DNA of 63,928 bases, filler included, from Choristocarpus tenellus KU-1152 (GCA_964200185.2; 10 parts of 10 records of this genome joined end to end with filler, not necessarily neighbours in it); one strand, 5' to 3'. Positions 24,038 through 38,762 are shown, counted from the first letter of the whole stretch. Notes: generated by a model not told the origin, from the sequence alone. Numbers and translations are program-made.

Positions 24038-24780
24038 TGTCTTCACATTACTCGGGGGAATATCCCAAACATTGGTCAGAGGCTCAAGCGTAGAACATCT
24101 TGTTCCTTCTATCATCACACAGAGAAGTATTAGCTCCAGCACTACCGAACTAATTTCAGCCACTACTTTCCGCCTCAAACTATCACGCACATTTCGTTCT
24201 TCATGCGTTGTCTAGGTTAGGGATCGCCAGGAATTATCAAGGCCATTGAGTGAGGGTTAGGTTTAGGGATTAAACCTAAACACATTACCAACTTCTCGAC
24301 CCCCTGCCTCAGACATGACCAGCCTTACTCTTTATCATGCTTGCACAATTTGGTGATAGTCCAAACAACACACAACCAAGCAAGCATCAGGTTAAAGACC
24401 TTCCATCCTCTACCATCGACATGGGTTTCAGAAAAATAACAACCCAAAGTCTCAAAGTACTTACAGAGGTGTACAATTCGTTGAGCTCACTATCTACCTG
24501 GTATAACTGATAGTTCGACAGCAGATTTCCGTGAAAATAAGTCAGGCGACGAAGGGGCTCGAACCTTCGTGATTCATGTAGGTAGTACCAGTTATCCTTC
24601 AACAACAAACCCAAAGAGTAGTGATCACAAGGAATAGATGAGGGGATGGTACTTTTTCATAACGGAAATAATGACTTTACATTTCAAATAATCTTAACAT
24701 CCACAAGTGCTAGATACTATTATACTCCATCCATTGTTGTCAATATTAAGGGTGGACCTATATTTGCAACCCTGTGGGGT

Positions 24781-26587
24781 ATGAGGTACGCTGTTGCCGA
24801 TCTGATATCTTGCCTCGCTTTGGCTTTGTTAGTACTTCATGTGTTTACTTCCGGTTGCCACGGACACAATGTCTTCGAAGCGAGCAACAGGGTGATGCAT
24901 AATGGTGTTCTGGGCCGGTTGCCTCCACATGGTGGAGGGGGACCTCTTGGTCGTGACAAACTCCAAGAAGGGGTGGGAACTCGAGAGAAGGACTGTCCAT
25001 CTAACTCTGTGATGTACACCCTTCCCCGCTCATCGACGATCCATAAGGCAGTGAGTGCGAATCTGGGAGGGTGGGCAGCTATCGTTGCTGCTACTTATTC
25101 TTGGGCGGTACTATTGCCTGGGAATGCCGCAGGTGAGATAGATGGCGTTGTGCAATCTTGCAGTGTGCTTTGGCGTGATTGATAACGGTGTCTGATACCC
25201 TTTGTTGAACCTGTTAATGGAATTGCCCCGCAATAAGCTCAGTCGTGTCCCATTCTCGTGCTGGTCTTATCCCTGTTCGTATCTTCTAGCTCCCTCTCTT
25301 GTGGTCTTTGGTCGTTAACTAAGCACCGGGATATATGTGCATATAAATAGTTTGGTGAGCAGTAAGTAGTACTGCTCGATATTTCACTCGTTACAAGGCA
25401 GCTAACGATCATCCAATCCTCACTACGCGAGGATAGGTGTCCTTGAGGTGGCCCTCTTCGTGGCGGTGGCTGCGAGTAGCACCTTGCAGGTGACCGCCAA
25501 CATATGTGCGTCCGTAGCCGCCCAGGGGCTCAAGGCGGGGCGGCAATTTGTCTCGATGGTGAGAACTGTGGCATACGTTGGCGTGCGTCGGACAAGATTG
25601 GTTTTATAGACACATACGTTGCAGCAGTGTTGTGTCACACTGCAAAGGAGATGTGAAGCGCATGCAGATTCATGGTATTGCAGTACACGTTGAACACTGT
25701 GCACCCATCCGCTGACTCCGCTCTGCTTCTGTTCCCTTGTCCCCCACCCCCACCCTGGCAAAAAATGGCGGCCACGGTATTTCTAGGTGGGACTCCACAG
25801 ATTTCAATTAAGGTTCCTCATTGTCCTCTTCGTTGCCACATTTGCAGAGTTTGTGCAATCGGCGAACATCTACAAGGTCTACACGGTGAGTCTACCATCA
25901 GTCCCAACTATGTGGATTGTTTTGGGGGTTTGAGTTGCTGAATTATAAAGTCTAGTGTAATTGCACCTTCAACACACACTTTGAAGTAGAACATTGAAAA
26001 CTGTTCCAGTGCTGTCTCTGATGCTGCGCTTCAGGTTCTTTCCATTAATTTCTAGCCCAAAGCGCCTTGTCTATCAAGTTTGTAAAAGTGCATTTTCTTC
26101 GCAAGTTGAGGATCGCCACAACAGAAATATTTGGTAAAAATTTTGAGAAGGTGAGTAATATCGTTGGAGCATCCACTGACCGCATACTCAAAGTGACTGA
26201 ATTGCATATTCATCAAGAGAATCTTGTGTGCCTTGTTTATAAATCTTCCTTGCCTTGTTTATGAATCTTGTGTGCTTTGTTTATGAATTTTTTGTGCCTT
26301 GTCTGTGAATCTCATGTGCCAACTTCCATTTGCATGTGCTGGTAGTCCAGAATTCAGGACCAGGACTGCCCCTCTCTTTTCACCTTCTCTACCAACTTTT
26401 ATCAGTCAACCTTTTGAACTCAAACAATGGCACTCCTTGCCTATATTGCCAAACCTTTTACCCCCCACTGGTCAGGTTCGTCATGGTTACGGAATGGATT
26501 TTTATGCAAAGCTTAGTTCAGCATCATATGTTGCTGCCACTGCTGCAGGACTGTTTGTGGGAGCTCTCATGGACAAGTGCGTGCTAG
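24781..26587 (+). CDS. Partial spliced gene: signal peptide + hydrophobic (membrane) segments, unknown function; exons 24781-25132, 25437-25558, 26476-~26587
   Basis: Signal-like N-terminus MRYAVADLISCLALALLVLHVFTSGCHG. In-frame GT-AG junctions give ...LPGNAAG-VLEVALFVAVAASSTLQ...FVSM-VRHGYGMDFYAKLSSASYVAATAAGLFVGALMDK. Confidence 0.6.
26218..26320. repeat. ~21-bp degenerate minisatellite in intron
   Basis: GAATCTTGTGTGCCTTGTTTAT-like units, about 5 copies. Confidence 0.65.
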
Positions 26588-27632
26588 GTATCCCATACAC
26601 ACACATAAATATATATATATATATATACATTATATATCCGCACATGTTTTCGGTTGCACATATGCAGGAATGAGCACATTATCTTAAGCACTCTTGTTGT
26701 TGTAACCCTACCCCTACCCCTAGCCCTAATGCGTTATTATTATATTGATTTACTCCATCGTATTGAAGTACTATTGGGAATCAACTAGGGGTTACAGGGA
26801 TACAGGTATCATGTATGTCGATAATAAAATGAACAATAATAAGTGTGATAATTTTTTTAGGAGTTGTGGTTCGCTTGAAGTACTTCTTTTTTTTGTTACG
26901 AATTTTTGTTGTGTGAGACACAAGACAAAGCGCTGAAGTCATCGTAATGATAGCTGTATACGGCATGTTAATGTCAACTTGGTGTTTATGTGCATCCAAT
27001 AAAATGTACATCTACTGTGTGTTTGTTTGCACTAGTGGTAGGGGTAGTTACTCACGTCGAAGCTCTTCTAGTGTAACAGTGCAATGGGGATGTGGTGCAG
27101 GTTGGATGACAGCAATTGCATTGTGTGCTTGAAGCTACACAAACGTTGTATTGATTGGACTTGTGTACTTGAAGCTACACAGAGATTGCATTCATTGATT
27201 GTGGTCTCTCACCATACTTGATGCACAAGTAGGCAGTCCTCAACAGTCGTCCGTTGTCAGCCATGTCTACCTCGGCATCACGTGCAATGTGGATGTAAGT
27301 GTATAAATGTATAAATATTTAAATAGATGTTGATAGAGCCAGCACAATGGTAAGGCCGTAGAACAAACTGATGACGCTATGAAGGACTACATAGTACCAT
27401 GTGCCATCATAGATATGTGTGTGTATTGGAGGTATACCTTATACTGTGTGCGGTAAATGTATGTATGTACTTTCGAGGTATACCTTATAATGTCTTATTG
27501 ATTCACTGACCCCCCCCCCCCGATTTCCGGTTGGCGGGAGTCTCAGACTGATTTTTTATATTTTTGTGTTTACTTCTATGGTTGTAAGTTGAATTTTGCA
27601 GTGTTGAAAAGGAGGTGAACAATCCTTATGTT

Positions 27633-27825
27633 GGTGTACAACCCTTGCATGGGTGGTTTACAACCCTTGTATGGGTGGTGTACAATCCTTGTATGGATGG
27701 TGTATAACCCTTGTATGGGTGGTATACAACCCTTGTATGGGTGATGTACAACCCTTGTATGGGTGGTGTACAACCCTTGTATGGATGATGTACAACCCTT
27801 GTATGGGTGGTGTACAGCCCTTGTA
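27633..27825. repeat. 22-bp minisatellite, about 9 copies
   Basis: GGTGTACAACCCTTGTATGGGT head-to-tail, no spacers. Confidence 0.92.
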
Positions 27826-28226
27826 CTGATTGTCAGTGGTGTAACTAAGTATCAAACCCAAGTATCAACAATGAGTATCAAAACTGAACATCAAAACTAC
27901 GTATCACTTTGAAGAAGCGATATGAAAATACAAGGTAATATATTGACTATTGCTAGGGTTCTGTGTATTTGAGTAAACTAGAGCTTTGCATACATCTGTC
28001 TTTACTATGCCTATTTGAAGAACTGTAAGACATACACTACTTTTAATGGATTTATCTTATGAATTTGGAGTAGAGAGAAAATGCAAGAGTGGTCTATTGG
28101 AGTAAGTATTGAGTAAGTATAATGACAGCACAGACTGCGAGATTTGGACAATGCAGGGTCAAACGAGAACTTGAAGACAAAAACCCTAACCCTAAGCCTG
28201 ATCAACTCATGGCTCTATCCTAATTC

Positions 28227-28326
28227 NNNNNNNNNNNNNNNNNNNNNNNNNNNNNNNNNNNNNNNNNNNNTTAATTAATTAANNNNNNNNNNNNNNNNNN
28301 NNNNNNNNNNNNNNNNNNNNNNNNNN
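28227..28326. other. Artificial contig-joining spacer
   Basis: 44 N + TTAATTAATTAA + 44 N. Confidence 0.97.
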
Positions 28327-28647
28327 TTGGTGGGGTGTGGTGTGGGTTGGGTTTGGGGTTGGGGGGGGGGGGGGGGGGGGGGGAGTTTTTGGGGCAATTT
28401 TAGTTGGTTGGGTATGTGAGTCATTGAAGTGTCTGCAAACAGGGTAAGCCGTGAGGGTTTGCTTTTTGTTGAAGTGGTGATAGGAAACTATTGAATGCAT
28501 CACCAGTGGTACAGGAAATGCTTCTTAGTGCCCCAACAATCCAAGGTGTCCATTTGAGACCAGTGCATGGTTGTTTGTTGTTATTTATAGTAGTTAGGGT
28601 TAGGGTTATGGCTGATTGTGTCTACTTTTTAATCACTGTTCTTGTAG

Positions 28648-29836
28648 GTGGATACATTTTCGGCGATGGATGAGGACGCTACGGTGAGGTGTGCTATCCA
28701 GTGCCTGCAGGCAGTTACAGACTTTCGAGGGAATGAGGTAAAACAAAAAGAAAGTGGTCAAGAAAATGAGTGCATTTTGTAAAGCTATGGGACACAAGTA
28801 CGCCGGAGTAGATGGGTTGTGTATCCCCTGCATCTGTGAGTCGAATGTTGCAAGGTTAGTCCACTACTACCTATTTGAGGCATGTTAGCTCAGGGTTAGG
28901 GTGTGTGACCTTGACCTTTCCTTGTGTTCATGTTGGTCAATGTGCGAGGTTGATGTGTGGCATTTGATCCCCTTACTCCACTGATATGAGTGCATTCAGT
29001 GGAGGGAGATCATATATTGTTTGGAGGATGATAGTAGATGAACGACGTGCTAACCCTAACCCTATGTGTCGATTTTTGCTTGATCTAATCAGTAACCCTA
29101 ACCCTTTGATGTATCAGTTGGACTCGATCTAATTACAGGCTACCCTGACACTAACCTTTAATATATATATTGATGCCTCATAGGCTTGAGAAAGAGATTT
29201 GCTTTGATGTCCATGCGCCCAATGGCTATGAAATATCCCTAACCCTATTATCGCAACAGAGTACCCCCCTAATGGCCTTGTGTAAAGAGTATGTATGAAC
29301 CAAGAATGAGTGAGAATCATACCCATTCCAAGAGTGGGTTGTTTTTTTGGTCCAGTGTAACTGCCTTTTTGGTGGATGTGTTCCGACAAGTGAGGATGTT
29401 GCATTCGGCTAACAGTATATTTCCAGCTCTTCTCTCCTCTTGTAAGGTCACTCCCTTCCAAGACGGGTGAAATATGTTTTTGTTATGGGCATATTCTATG
29501 TTTCTCAAAGTTCAAGATGGCTTTAAACTCGTAAGGTCATAAATTGACGCTAACCTCAACCCTAACCCCAACCTCTCTTTAATGGTTTCACTCTGAGAGC
29601 TTTCAGAATGTGATGTCTGTGAAGGGTCTGTTTTTGCATCCTTGAATTTATCAGCAATGGTCAGAAGATAGGGTTAGGGTTCCTTTGTGACGATTGATAA
29701 TCTATCTTTCTTTGCATTTTCATATCAGGTGGAGGTGGGGGTGATCTCTGGACTTGGGGGTGAAGGCCGCTTCCGGACGCTGGGGGAAGAGGCCATAGAG
29801 AATCACCTTATTGCTATCAATGAAATGGAGTCTTGA
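28648..29836 (+). CDS. PSMA6: 20S proteasome subunit alpha-1 (alpha type-6), last two exons 28648-28737 and 29729-29836
   Basis: Phase-0 exons read VDTFSAMDEDATVRCAIQCLQAVTDFRGNE-VEVGVISGLGGEGRFRTLGEEAIENHLIAINEMES*. This matches the alpha-1 C-terminal pattern TV..AI.CL..V..DF...E.EVGV....FR.L....I..HL.AI.E. Confidence 0.75.
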
Positions 29837-32800
29837 TTCATACAATCCCCTCCAGAATTTGCAAGGGGGGTAAAGGGAGGGTACAGGAATAGCTCACATC
29901 TGACGAAATGTTAGGAAAGTGGGACGAAGGGGTGGGGGACAGGTCTTAATGTGAAAATGCCTGGACTGTACTAGCAAATCATGGCTGTGTTCTGAACGAT
30001 GTGGTCGTTATTCATGAGTAAAGGGGCAGGGGCTCTTTGTTGCTTATGTTATTGTTGGGTTAGAGTTAGGTGTGGTGTCTCTCAAGGCAGATGTTTGTCC
30101 CTTGCGACAATCTGATTGGCTGATGGTAGGGTCTGTCTGATGTGTTTGAATGCTGAGATTTTTTTTTGTGCAAATGCTTGAGAGGATAACAAATTTTCCT
30201 TCAAGGTAGGTCTTGACAGAGTAGCAATCTAATCCTATTGAACATGGCTTTGTTGTCATGATTGATATTTTTGTACAAGGTTTTTGGTTGACCATGCCTC
30301 ATAACTGTTCAGCTGATTAATCAGATTTGTTGTGGTGCTGGCCTGTACCATGGCGTGAATTGTTCTTGATACCTTTGTAGTACTTGGCTGGACTAATGAT
30401 GTGTCAATGATGGTGTCTACATTACAGCATCATTATGAGACAGACTTGCTATGACAGCAGGGGAATAATGGTTCACATTTTTCAGCAGATTGAAGGTGTG
30501 TGTGTGTGAGAGAGAGAGAGAGAAACCTTATGACAAAGCAAATCTATCACCTCTTATGCCAGGTACTACAATGGTAGCATCAAGAAAGTGGAGTGAACAT
30601 ATACCAAACACCTTACTTTGGTGGGTGCAGTGATGTGGTTTGTGTTTCTCCTCTGCTGTTAGAATCATTCTGGACACGGGTTAGGATTAGGGATAAGCAC
30701 AATCTACAGCCTGAAGCTGATCAAGTGTGAATCATTTGTTTGATGGACTAGATCTTACAAGTGATGTTGGTGAGATTGGATTAAGGGTCATCCACGGAGC
30801 ACAGGTTTACCACAGAGCATCGAATATGTTGACTGTATTGTTCATAGTTGTTGATAATATCGTCCCTGTCAACCACAGGGCTGTCTGATGTATTTGATCA
30901 CATGTATGATACCTCTACATGTGGACTGAATGTGTGTATTGTGAGGATGAAGACAGGACCACACAACATGAGGAATATAATGCACCTTCACTTCAATCTA
31001 TCAAACCGTCTAACCACAACTTCAACCTGGTTTCGACCCTGTAAGAACAATGAAACGGGTACTAGGTAAAGGTATGTTACACTGTCTAAGTTGGGCTTAA
31101 CATCATGAGTATCTGATTCAACATCAAATCCTTCTACTTCAATCTTCACCCCCCCTCAACCTTACATTTAATCAGTAATTCTGTGTTGGTATCATTTGAT
31201 TTTGCGGCCCCATGGAGATGAAGTACCCAATCATATTCCGCATGGGTTCATCGTCTCTAGGTTTGTAGTTTTGTGTGGATATTGGAAGAGGATGCTACTC
31301 ACCCAGTAGTTTTTATTTACATCATACTTTGAAATGTTCTAAAGTACGCCTCTAAAGATGTGTTGAGAACCTATTTTACCATAGTGTGTTATTGTGGTGT
31401 GGTAGACAATTTGTCGTACTACTTTTATATAATATTAATAGTGTCTTACACATCCGTATTCGAGATTAAACAGTTTCAGAACGTGAGGAAGATACTATAG
31501 AAGGCACTCTGCATGGTGTTCATTGTTTTGCATATTATTATTTTTTTAACCGTCGTCTGCGAGGAACCAAAAAAATCGTTCGGTCAGGAGCAAAGTATCG
31601 CTAATTCATGCATACAACGCAGCGAGTGTATCATATACTTCCTCGATTGATTGTGCGTGGTTCATTGGACCACCAGATTTGGTATTCAAATTCATTTGTT
31701 GGCATCAGGGAGGTTGCATAAGTGGGGGTTTACTGGTTGTTACATACACTACATCTGACGAGCTATTAAAGAGTCGGATATTTAAATTTTGACCACAAAG
31801 ATCCACAAGATTCAGTTAACTATATATTTTTGGAGGAATAATAATATTACAATGTCATTAAACCAATTCTGGGAAAAATAGAAAAGAGGAATGCAGATTC
31901 CCTCTAAATATATATTTCAAATAATTCTTTCAATCATGCCTCAAATAATCAAGAACATTGTGGATCTACTTAGGAGATTAAAAATAATAATGAAAGAGAA
32001 CAATAGAAAGGTCACATTAAATTTTACACACATCCAATAACGATAATATAATAGTAACAAAAAAATTGGGAAGAAGGCAGAGAAGGTCATACATAATCTA
32101 TTTCAATATCCATTACTTCACTCTTCTCCACACACCCATTTCTTCATTGTACTACTACTAATAATGATGGAGAGTTTTTTTTTAAGGGGTTAGCACCTCA
32201 ATCATAATCAGTGTACCCCTGAAAAAATGGAACCAGGTTGTAACACCACACTACTTGGTGACTGTTTCACAGACACCTGGCGTATTTCGCAATACGTACC
32301 CCCCACTCTTCTTCTTACGTTTCTTTTGTCGCGTTGAAGCGTCTCCAAGATAGCTCGGGCAGGGGAGAGGTGGAAAAAGTGATAGTCGGACCACCAGTGA
32401 CACAAACAAATATGGAGTTTTGCCCATCAGTTACATACTACTCCATCCTCAGGATGGTGAATGAAGTATTGCCTCTTGCATGGTGGAATTGACCAATCAC
32501 AATCAGACTGGTTGCTGGGTACAACTCCTCTTTCGCTAATCAGAAGGTTTCTACATCTAAACTATTGACAGTGAGAAAGGGTAGATAGTACGACGCCTGG
32601 ACACACAAATGAGTAAGGGCGATGCATTTTACCCAAGCAGAGAAGGTCAGCAACACAACTAAACAAATCAGAAAGAGTAATAATATGATACACCTACCAC
32701 CTAGAATCAATCAGAAAAGAGAATCATATGTACAAACACCAAAATCAAAATGAGTATTATTTAAATCGCGTACGTTTATTTATATACATTTATTATTTAA

Positions 32801-34211
32801 ATCGCATACATTGAAAAAGTCATAAACATACTTAAGGCTCTTGAATCCAATCAAAAAGAGTTAACACTCCGTCATCAACCCTGTTTTCTTATCACCACCC
32901 TTCACCATTCAGAACACGCTTTTAGTGCATGGGCATTACAATCTGTCTCGGACACCAATTCACTGTGTCCTATAAGACACGATCATCTTTAAGCATGACA
33001 GATTGTTGTGTTGCGAAAAGGTCTCAAAGAGCATGTTTTTAGAACAGTGAGGACCAGTACGCTTGCCAAACAAATTATTTCCTCGAGTAATGGAGGGATG
33101 ATGCCATATTGTAGACACAGTTACTCGTCTATTAGATTGTATTAACTGTCGTAGGGAAAGCCTCTCAGCTTTGAGCCGTGCCAGGCAGGCTTGTGCTTGA
33201 CAGAATGCTAGCATTGATATCTCCAACAGGGTTTACTCTTCACGAGGAACCTGTGGGAGGATGTCATTTCAATATTTGTACACAAAAATTAACTATTTTT
33301 CTGAATGGTGTTGAGAGTTCAGAATTGATGGAAACAGGACACTGAAATGCTGCAAGCCAATCTTTCGTCTGAGAACTTTCCAATAGAAGATTGTTACTAA
33401 CTAAAATCGGGGGGTGGGCATTTTTAATTAATGGTATATGAGTCGTATCGTCGATGGTCTAACAAGTTTAACCCAAGGAATAACCTTAAATAACCCAAGG
33501 TCTAAGTAAGTGATCGATTTCTCTCAAGGTAGTGATACTATACCATGTCATCAACTGAAGCACAAGTCTATTTACATCCCTAACCCTAGCCATATCTGGG
33601 ATATATTGAAGACTCCATTATGTCAGAGAAAAAAACTAAAAAAGAGAGACTAATTCTCTCACCCGTTGTATCTTCCTCCCCCGTTGTAAACGCCTTCAAC
33701 AAATTAAGCAACACTTTTTCAAGGTTCACAGTCACTTGAACGAATCAGAATGGAGACAATTTTATTATTCTGACTACAAGCCCTCTAAACCTAACCCTAA
33801 TCCACATCCAAATAAAAGTATAGGCAATCTCCGAAATATGTACTCCACATTCAAAAGGCTGCAGTGGCCTGTTGCAGGCACTTCTTCTGTGGGAAGATAC
33901 AACTAATCCAGATCTATTGCTCTACTACAGTGCCCTGGCTGTCTATGTCTCTGCCTCTGTCTCCACCTCCACATCTTGAACTTGTACTTTTTCTGCTATG
34001 GACAGGTCTCCAACACCCTCTGGTGATGCCCACATTAGGGCGAGTGCTGCACGAATGGAACAATCATCAGTTGTGGCACAGATGCAACAAAAGCAAGAAG
34101 AGCATAAAACGAAAAGGTTGAAATTCGTGAGAAATGTTTTGTCCAACAACAATAAGCATAGTCGGAAGATATTAATAGAGACTTACTGCTGGCATACACC
34201 AAACCTGGAGA

Positions 34212-34385
34212 AGTTGTTCTAGAGTCAGAGTACTCGTTTGTAGCATTGATTGAGCTGCCTAGGTTACTCTAGAGCCAGAGTACTCGATCATAGCATTGAT
34301 GGGACTGGCGAGGTTGCTCTAGAGCTAAAGTAGCTACTCTTAGTACTGATCGCGCTGGTTGAATTGCTCTGGAGCTAGAGTAGCC
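34212..34385. repeat. ~50-bp degenerate tandem repeat, 3-4 copies
   Basis: (C/T)TCTAGAG..AGAGTA...TAGCATTGAT recurring at about 34217, 34267, 34317 and 34367. Confidence 0.6.
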
Positions 34386-35394
34386 ATTCATAATCAAAGA
34401 CTTCTCAACTGCTCAGCGGGCAGATTATGGTGCAATGCTGTCTTGCTGGGCCTCAACCACTGGGAATGCATCCCATATTTGAGGAAACCCCTGTACATAT
34501 TTCATATTTTACATTCATGTTGATCGTGTAATACGATCTACTCTCCTAAGTCAAACATGCAAACCAAAACCACAAACCTGCGAACGGTAAGCATGTTCTG
34601 GTGGATCAGTAATCAAATATCGTAAATTCGATTTTAAAACACATCAAAAATATCGTAATTCCGATATATCGAAGGGAGGTCAAGGATGGGAGATAGACAG
34701 ACATAAGGCAAAAGTTCCTTATCGGGAAGTCAAGGGTTGAGCTACACATAACCTGACCTCTTTGCATAGTACTGAATAGACTAGCACTCTAGAGCTATAA
34801 AATAGAGTGCTTGATCATATTATTGGTAGGGTCAGTCAGGTCACTCTAGAGCTCGACCACTCACTCAAATAAAGGTATTGACTCAAACCAAAGGTGAGGT
34901 AGGCACGGTTGCATTTGAAGGAACGCGAGAAAGGTCAAGAAGAGGTCATTTTGCACTATTGCAGAAAGAGCCTTCACTTAATTTCAGTGTCATTTTGTGC
35001 GTGGATAGAGGAAATATCAATTTTGTTTGCACACTTGTCTACATAAAGTAGTGAAATAAAGTATCTTGTACAGGGTTTGAAAGATTACTTAGAATGCAAA
35101 AGGGCTCAAACCTGCCTACTTCTCAATTAGTTTGGCTCAATGATAGGGCTGGCTCGGTTGCTTCAGAGCTAGATAACTCAAATAATGATACTGACACGGT
35201 GGTCTGGGTTAGGGTTAGGGTTAGGGTTCTTAATTATATAGAGCGCGTTGACACACAATCAAGTGGTTAGACAGGCTCGAACAACCCACAAGGATCGTAA
35301 AACATGCTAGGGCAAGCCCCTGCATCATCAGATAAACATCATCAGAAGGGAGTGAGGAGAGAGATCCCCTTCTCCCTCCTGTTTACTACGTCAG

Positions 35395-35532
35395 AGTACT
35401 AGTATATTCTCAGCATATTAGTAGTAATATATTCTAGGTATATTAATAGTGGTATATTAGTAGTAGTATACTCAGTATATTAATACCAGTATATTCTCAG
35501 TATATTAGTACTAGTATATTCTCAGTATATTT
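35395..35532. repeat. AT-rich degenerate minisatellite
   Basis: AGTATATTCTCAGTATATTA-like units. Confidence 0.65.
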
Positions 35533-36446
35533 CTTAGGCACTGCAAACCAAATATATCCTCTGCCTCTCCCTTCACAGTCACATAGGTGTTGGTTTTCTT
35601 GCCCACCTGACTACTCACTTCCTCTACCTGGTGCATTTCTAGAGTGTCTTAGCAATTTCACGTTTTGCAAACAAATTTTCTTCTTACCACAGTTATGACA
35701 GTTACAACAGTTACAATAATATACTCTCTTGAACCCTCACGGTGGACTTCTACAAAAAAAATCAAAACAAAAACAGTGAAGTGTCTTGATATGTATGTAC
35801 TTGATACTACTTGTACTTTATGTAGTGTGTATATACTTGTACTTTATATAGTTGGTCATCTTGAAAAAAAAAACGGCCCTATACCTTCAAAAAGCGTCAT
35901 ATGTATATATATACCTTAAATTGGCACACAAACACCCTAACAAAGAACAAGAAATATCACAAAACATAATATCTTAATGACAACAATTGTCACACCACAA
36001 CAACTTCTAATACATACAAGCCAGGAACCTCCACCACGAACACCTCAAAAACAAGCTAATTAATAACAAAACACACAGTTGGGCTAGGGTCAGGTCCAAC
36101 CCTAACCCTAACCCTAACTATAAAAGTAGCATATAAAAAAAAACAATTTGGCACAACAAAATCAGATAGAACCGCAGCAAACACCTGTCTTACGCAATCA
36201 ACCCCCCTACCAAGCAGCAGAGGACTCTGCCCCTAACCTGTGACAAAGCATGCTGTTGCAAGTAATCCCCGGCGAGGAAAGGCTTTACCCAGGACAAGAG
36301 ATGGGAACACAACTCCCCAAAGAGGAGGCATGGCATAAAACACCTGAGAAAATGATGGGTGGCAGGAGGTAAGGAAGGAAACCTATGATGGGGGAAAACA
36401 CACACACACACACACACATACTTGAGACAAGTAGCCAAAGCGTCCG

Positions 36447-36710
36447 AATAAGGTACAGAGACCTAATAAGGCACAGAAGACCTACCAAGGTACAGAGACC
36501 TAATAAGGCACAGAAGACCTACTAAGGCACAGAAGACCTACTAAGGTACAGAAGACCTACTAAGGCACAGAAGACCTACTAAGGCACAGAAGACCTACTA
36601 AGGTACAGAAGATCTACTAAGATACAGAAGACCTAATAAGGTACAGAAGACCTACTAAGGTACAGAAGATCTACTAAGGTACAGAAGACCTAATAAGGTA
36701 CAGAAGACGA
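36447..36710. repeat. 19-bp minisatellite, about 13 copies
   Basis: TAAGG(T/C)ACAGAAGACCTA(C/A) head-to-tail. Confidence 0.92.
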
Positions 36711-36831
36711 GAAAAAACTCCAAGCTTCGGAAAAATGAGCTGGAGACAGGAGACAAAATGGCAATGCCATTATATGTGTGTGTAGTACACTGCAATGATG
36801 TGGCAGACAGGCCGCAAGATCATCAGGTGCG

Positions 36832-36833
36832 CC

Positions 36834-36866
<33 letters not shown>

Positions 36867-36897
36867 GCCTGCCTGCCTGCCTGCCTGCCTCTCTCTC
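36832..36897. repeat. (CTGT)n/(CTGC)n microsatellite
   Basis: Direct inspection. Confidence 0.9.
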
Positions 36898-37825
36898 TGG
36901 GTCATATTAAAATGCACTTGGCCCAACAATTTTGAGGCAAATTCGGAGATTCCAACAAACCAGATGCTGAGAAATCGGTATGATGTTAGAAGGAATATAG
37001 AATGCCTAAATAAATACATACTGATAATAGTATGTGTAAAAATTCCATGCAGTCAGCGTTTTCTTTCACAGTTCAGTCATACCATTCCCTGACACTGGCT
37101 ATTGTTTATTGCGTATCGAGGTGTATGTGTACGTGTAACATGTGCCCAGGGCACTACAGAGCACTTGAGCTTCGCTCCTGTGGCAGCACATTACGGTTTA
37201 GTAATACTCACAATCAAGAGGCGGAGCAGAGTCCTCAAACATACCATACTGAAGTAACGTACTGAAGTAACACCTATTTTTTTTATAGTCAAACATACCA
37301 TACTGAAGTAACATACTGAAGTAACATGCTGAAGTAACACCTATTTTTTTTTTATAACAGTAATACCTGCGACTTGGATGGGCCAACAATGGGATGAGCC
37401 CATCCCTGAGCATAACTGGATGCAGCACGGACGGACCCTATCCAACAACACACGAGCATGAACTTACCAAGCTGATGCAAGCCTGCACCTGGACAAAAAT
37501 AGGAAGGACTTGTCAGGAATCGGAAGGCACACAAAACATCAAAAATGTGACTTTTTTTTTATTCGTAATTGGAAAAGGGTGACTGTCGTTGGTTCAAGAC
37601 CAAAACCGTGGATATTTAGCTCCACCAATGACTATACAGCATTTAACTTTCCGATTTCTCATCAAACCGCTCCTCACATCCACATCAAACAAAAAAATAC
37701 ATGGGCTATTTATTAAGGCCAGGATTCATTGCTGACCAATGGCAAGGTGGGTCAGGGAAAAGATCTGAGATAAAGGGAAGGTGTGAATAGAGCCGGTGCA
37801 ATTAGTCATAATAGCAAGTAGGTGT

Positions 37826-38033
37826 AACAGTATGAGGAGTTAGGGTTAGGGTTATCATAGTATGAGGAGTAAGTATCATAGTTAACATAGTATGAGGAGT
37901 TAGGGTTAGGGTTATCATAGTATGAGGAGTAAGTATCATAGTTATCATAGTATGAGGAGTAAGTATCATAGTTATCATAGTATGAGGAGTAAGTATCATA
38001 GTTATCATAGTATGAGGAGTAAGTATCATAGTT
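37826..38033. repeat. 30-bp minisatellite, about 7 copies, two carrying TTAGGGTTAGGG
   Basis: GTTATCATAGTATGAGGAGTAAGTATCATA units alternating with a TAGGGTTAGG variant. Confidence 0.9.
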
Positions 38034-38135
38034 CAGTGTGTAATACTCCTCTGACCACAGCTTGGATATAGTTCCCAGATAACAGTGAAAAATAATAACA
38101 ATAAGGAAGATAGCAAAAAAAATATCATAGAAATA

Positions 38136-38267
38136 TATTATCACTATTATCATCATCATTATTATTATTCATTATTATTATTCATTATTATCATTCATTA
38201 TTATTATTATCATTACTGTTATCATAACTATTATTATTACTATTATCATTATTATTACTATTATTAA
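38136..38267. repeat. (ATT/ATC)n microsatellite
   Basis: Direct inspection. Confidence 0.85.
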
Positions 38268-38499
38268 TATTGAAAAACTGTATCAAGAGTGTTTTTAGGG
38301 TGACTAGAGCAACAGTCTATGGATAAAGAGATCTAAAAAGTGAGTACTAACAATAGTACTGACTGAAAGAGATATAAAAAGTGATTAGTAATAGTAGTAC
38401 TAATAATAGTACTGACTGAAAGGACAAAGAGAGTTTGCTGATCACTGCCTCTGCTGATAATGTATTTGTGACAACTTTAAATTGTTTTGAAAAGCACAA

Positions 38500-38762
38500 G
38501 AGTGAAAGTATCTTATTAAGAGAGGGTACGAGTTTTGCCCTGTTTGTCCATTTGAGGCTCGACTTCCCACATTTTTGTTTTATGGCATTTACCTGCTCCA
38601 AAACGTTTCGGAGTAGGTGAAATGTATACGTTATGAAAATGTGTGTCCAGAACATGGATAGTGACACTTCCTAACAAACACGATAGCCAAAACATCAAAA
38701 TTACAACATTGGATTTTGGTCCCCAAATGGACACAACTCTATCCTATAATATACTTTTACTC
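38500..38762 (-). mobile_element. MITE family B, complete, TSD ACAA
   Basis: GAGTGAAAGTATCTT...ATACTTTTACTC with ACAA on both sides. Confidence 0.9.

Noticed and set aside
27633-27825. CRISPR-like array (also 36447-36710, 37826-38033, 53600-55925)
   Set aside because: Head-to-tail or degenerate units without unique spacers, no cas genes, eukaryotic context.
32200-34150. Possible minus-strand exons (e.g. VTVNLEKVLLNLLKAFTTGRKIQR; LLEISMLAFCQAQACLARLKAERLSL)
   Set aside because: An in-frame stop and no recognisable domain; a gene model cannot be supported.
37802-38267. Repetitive ORFs (MILTPHT..., YYDNYDT..., poly-Tyr)
   Set aside because: Translations of mini- and microsatellites.
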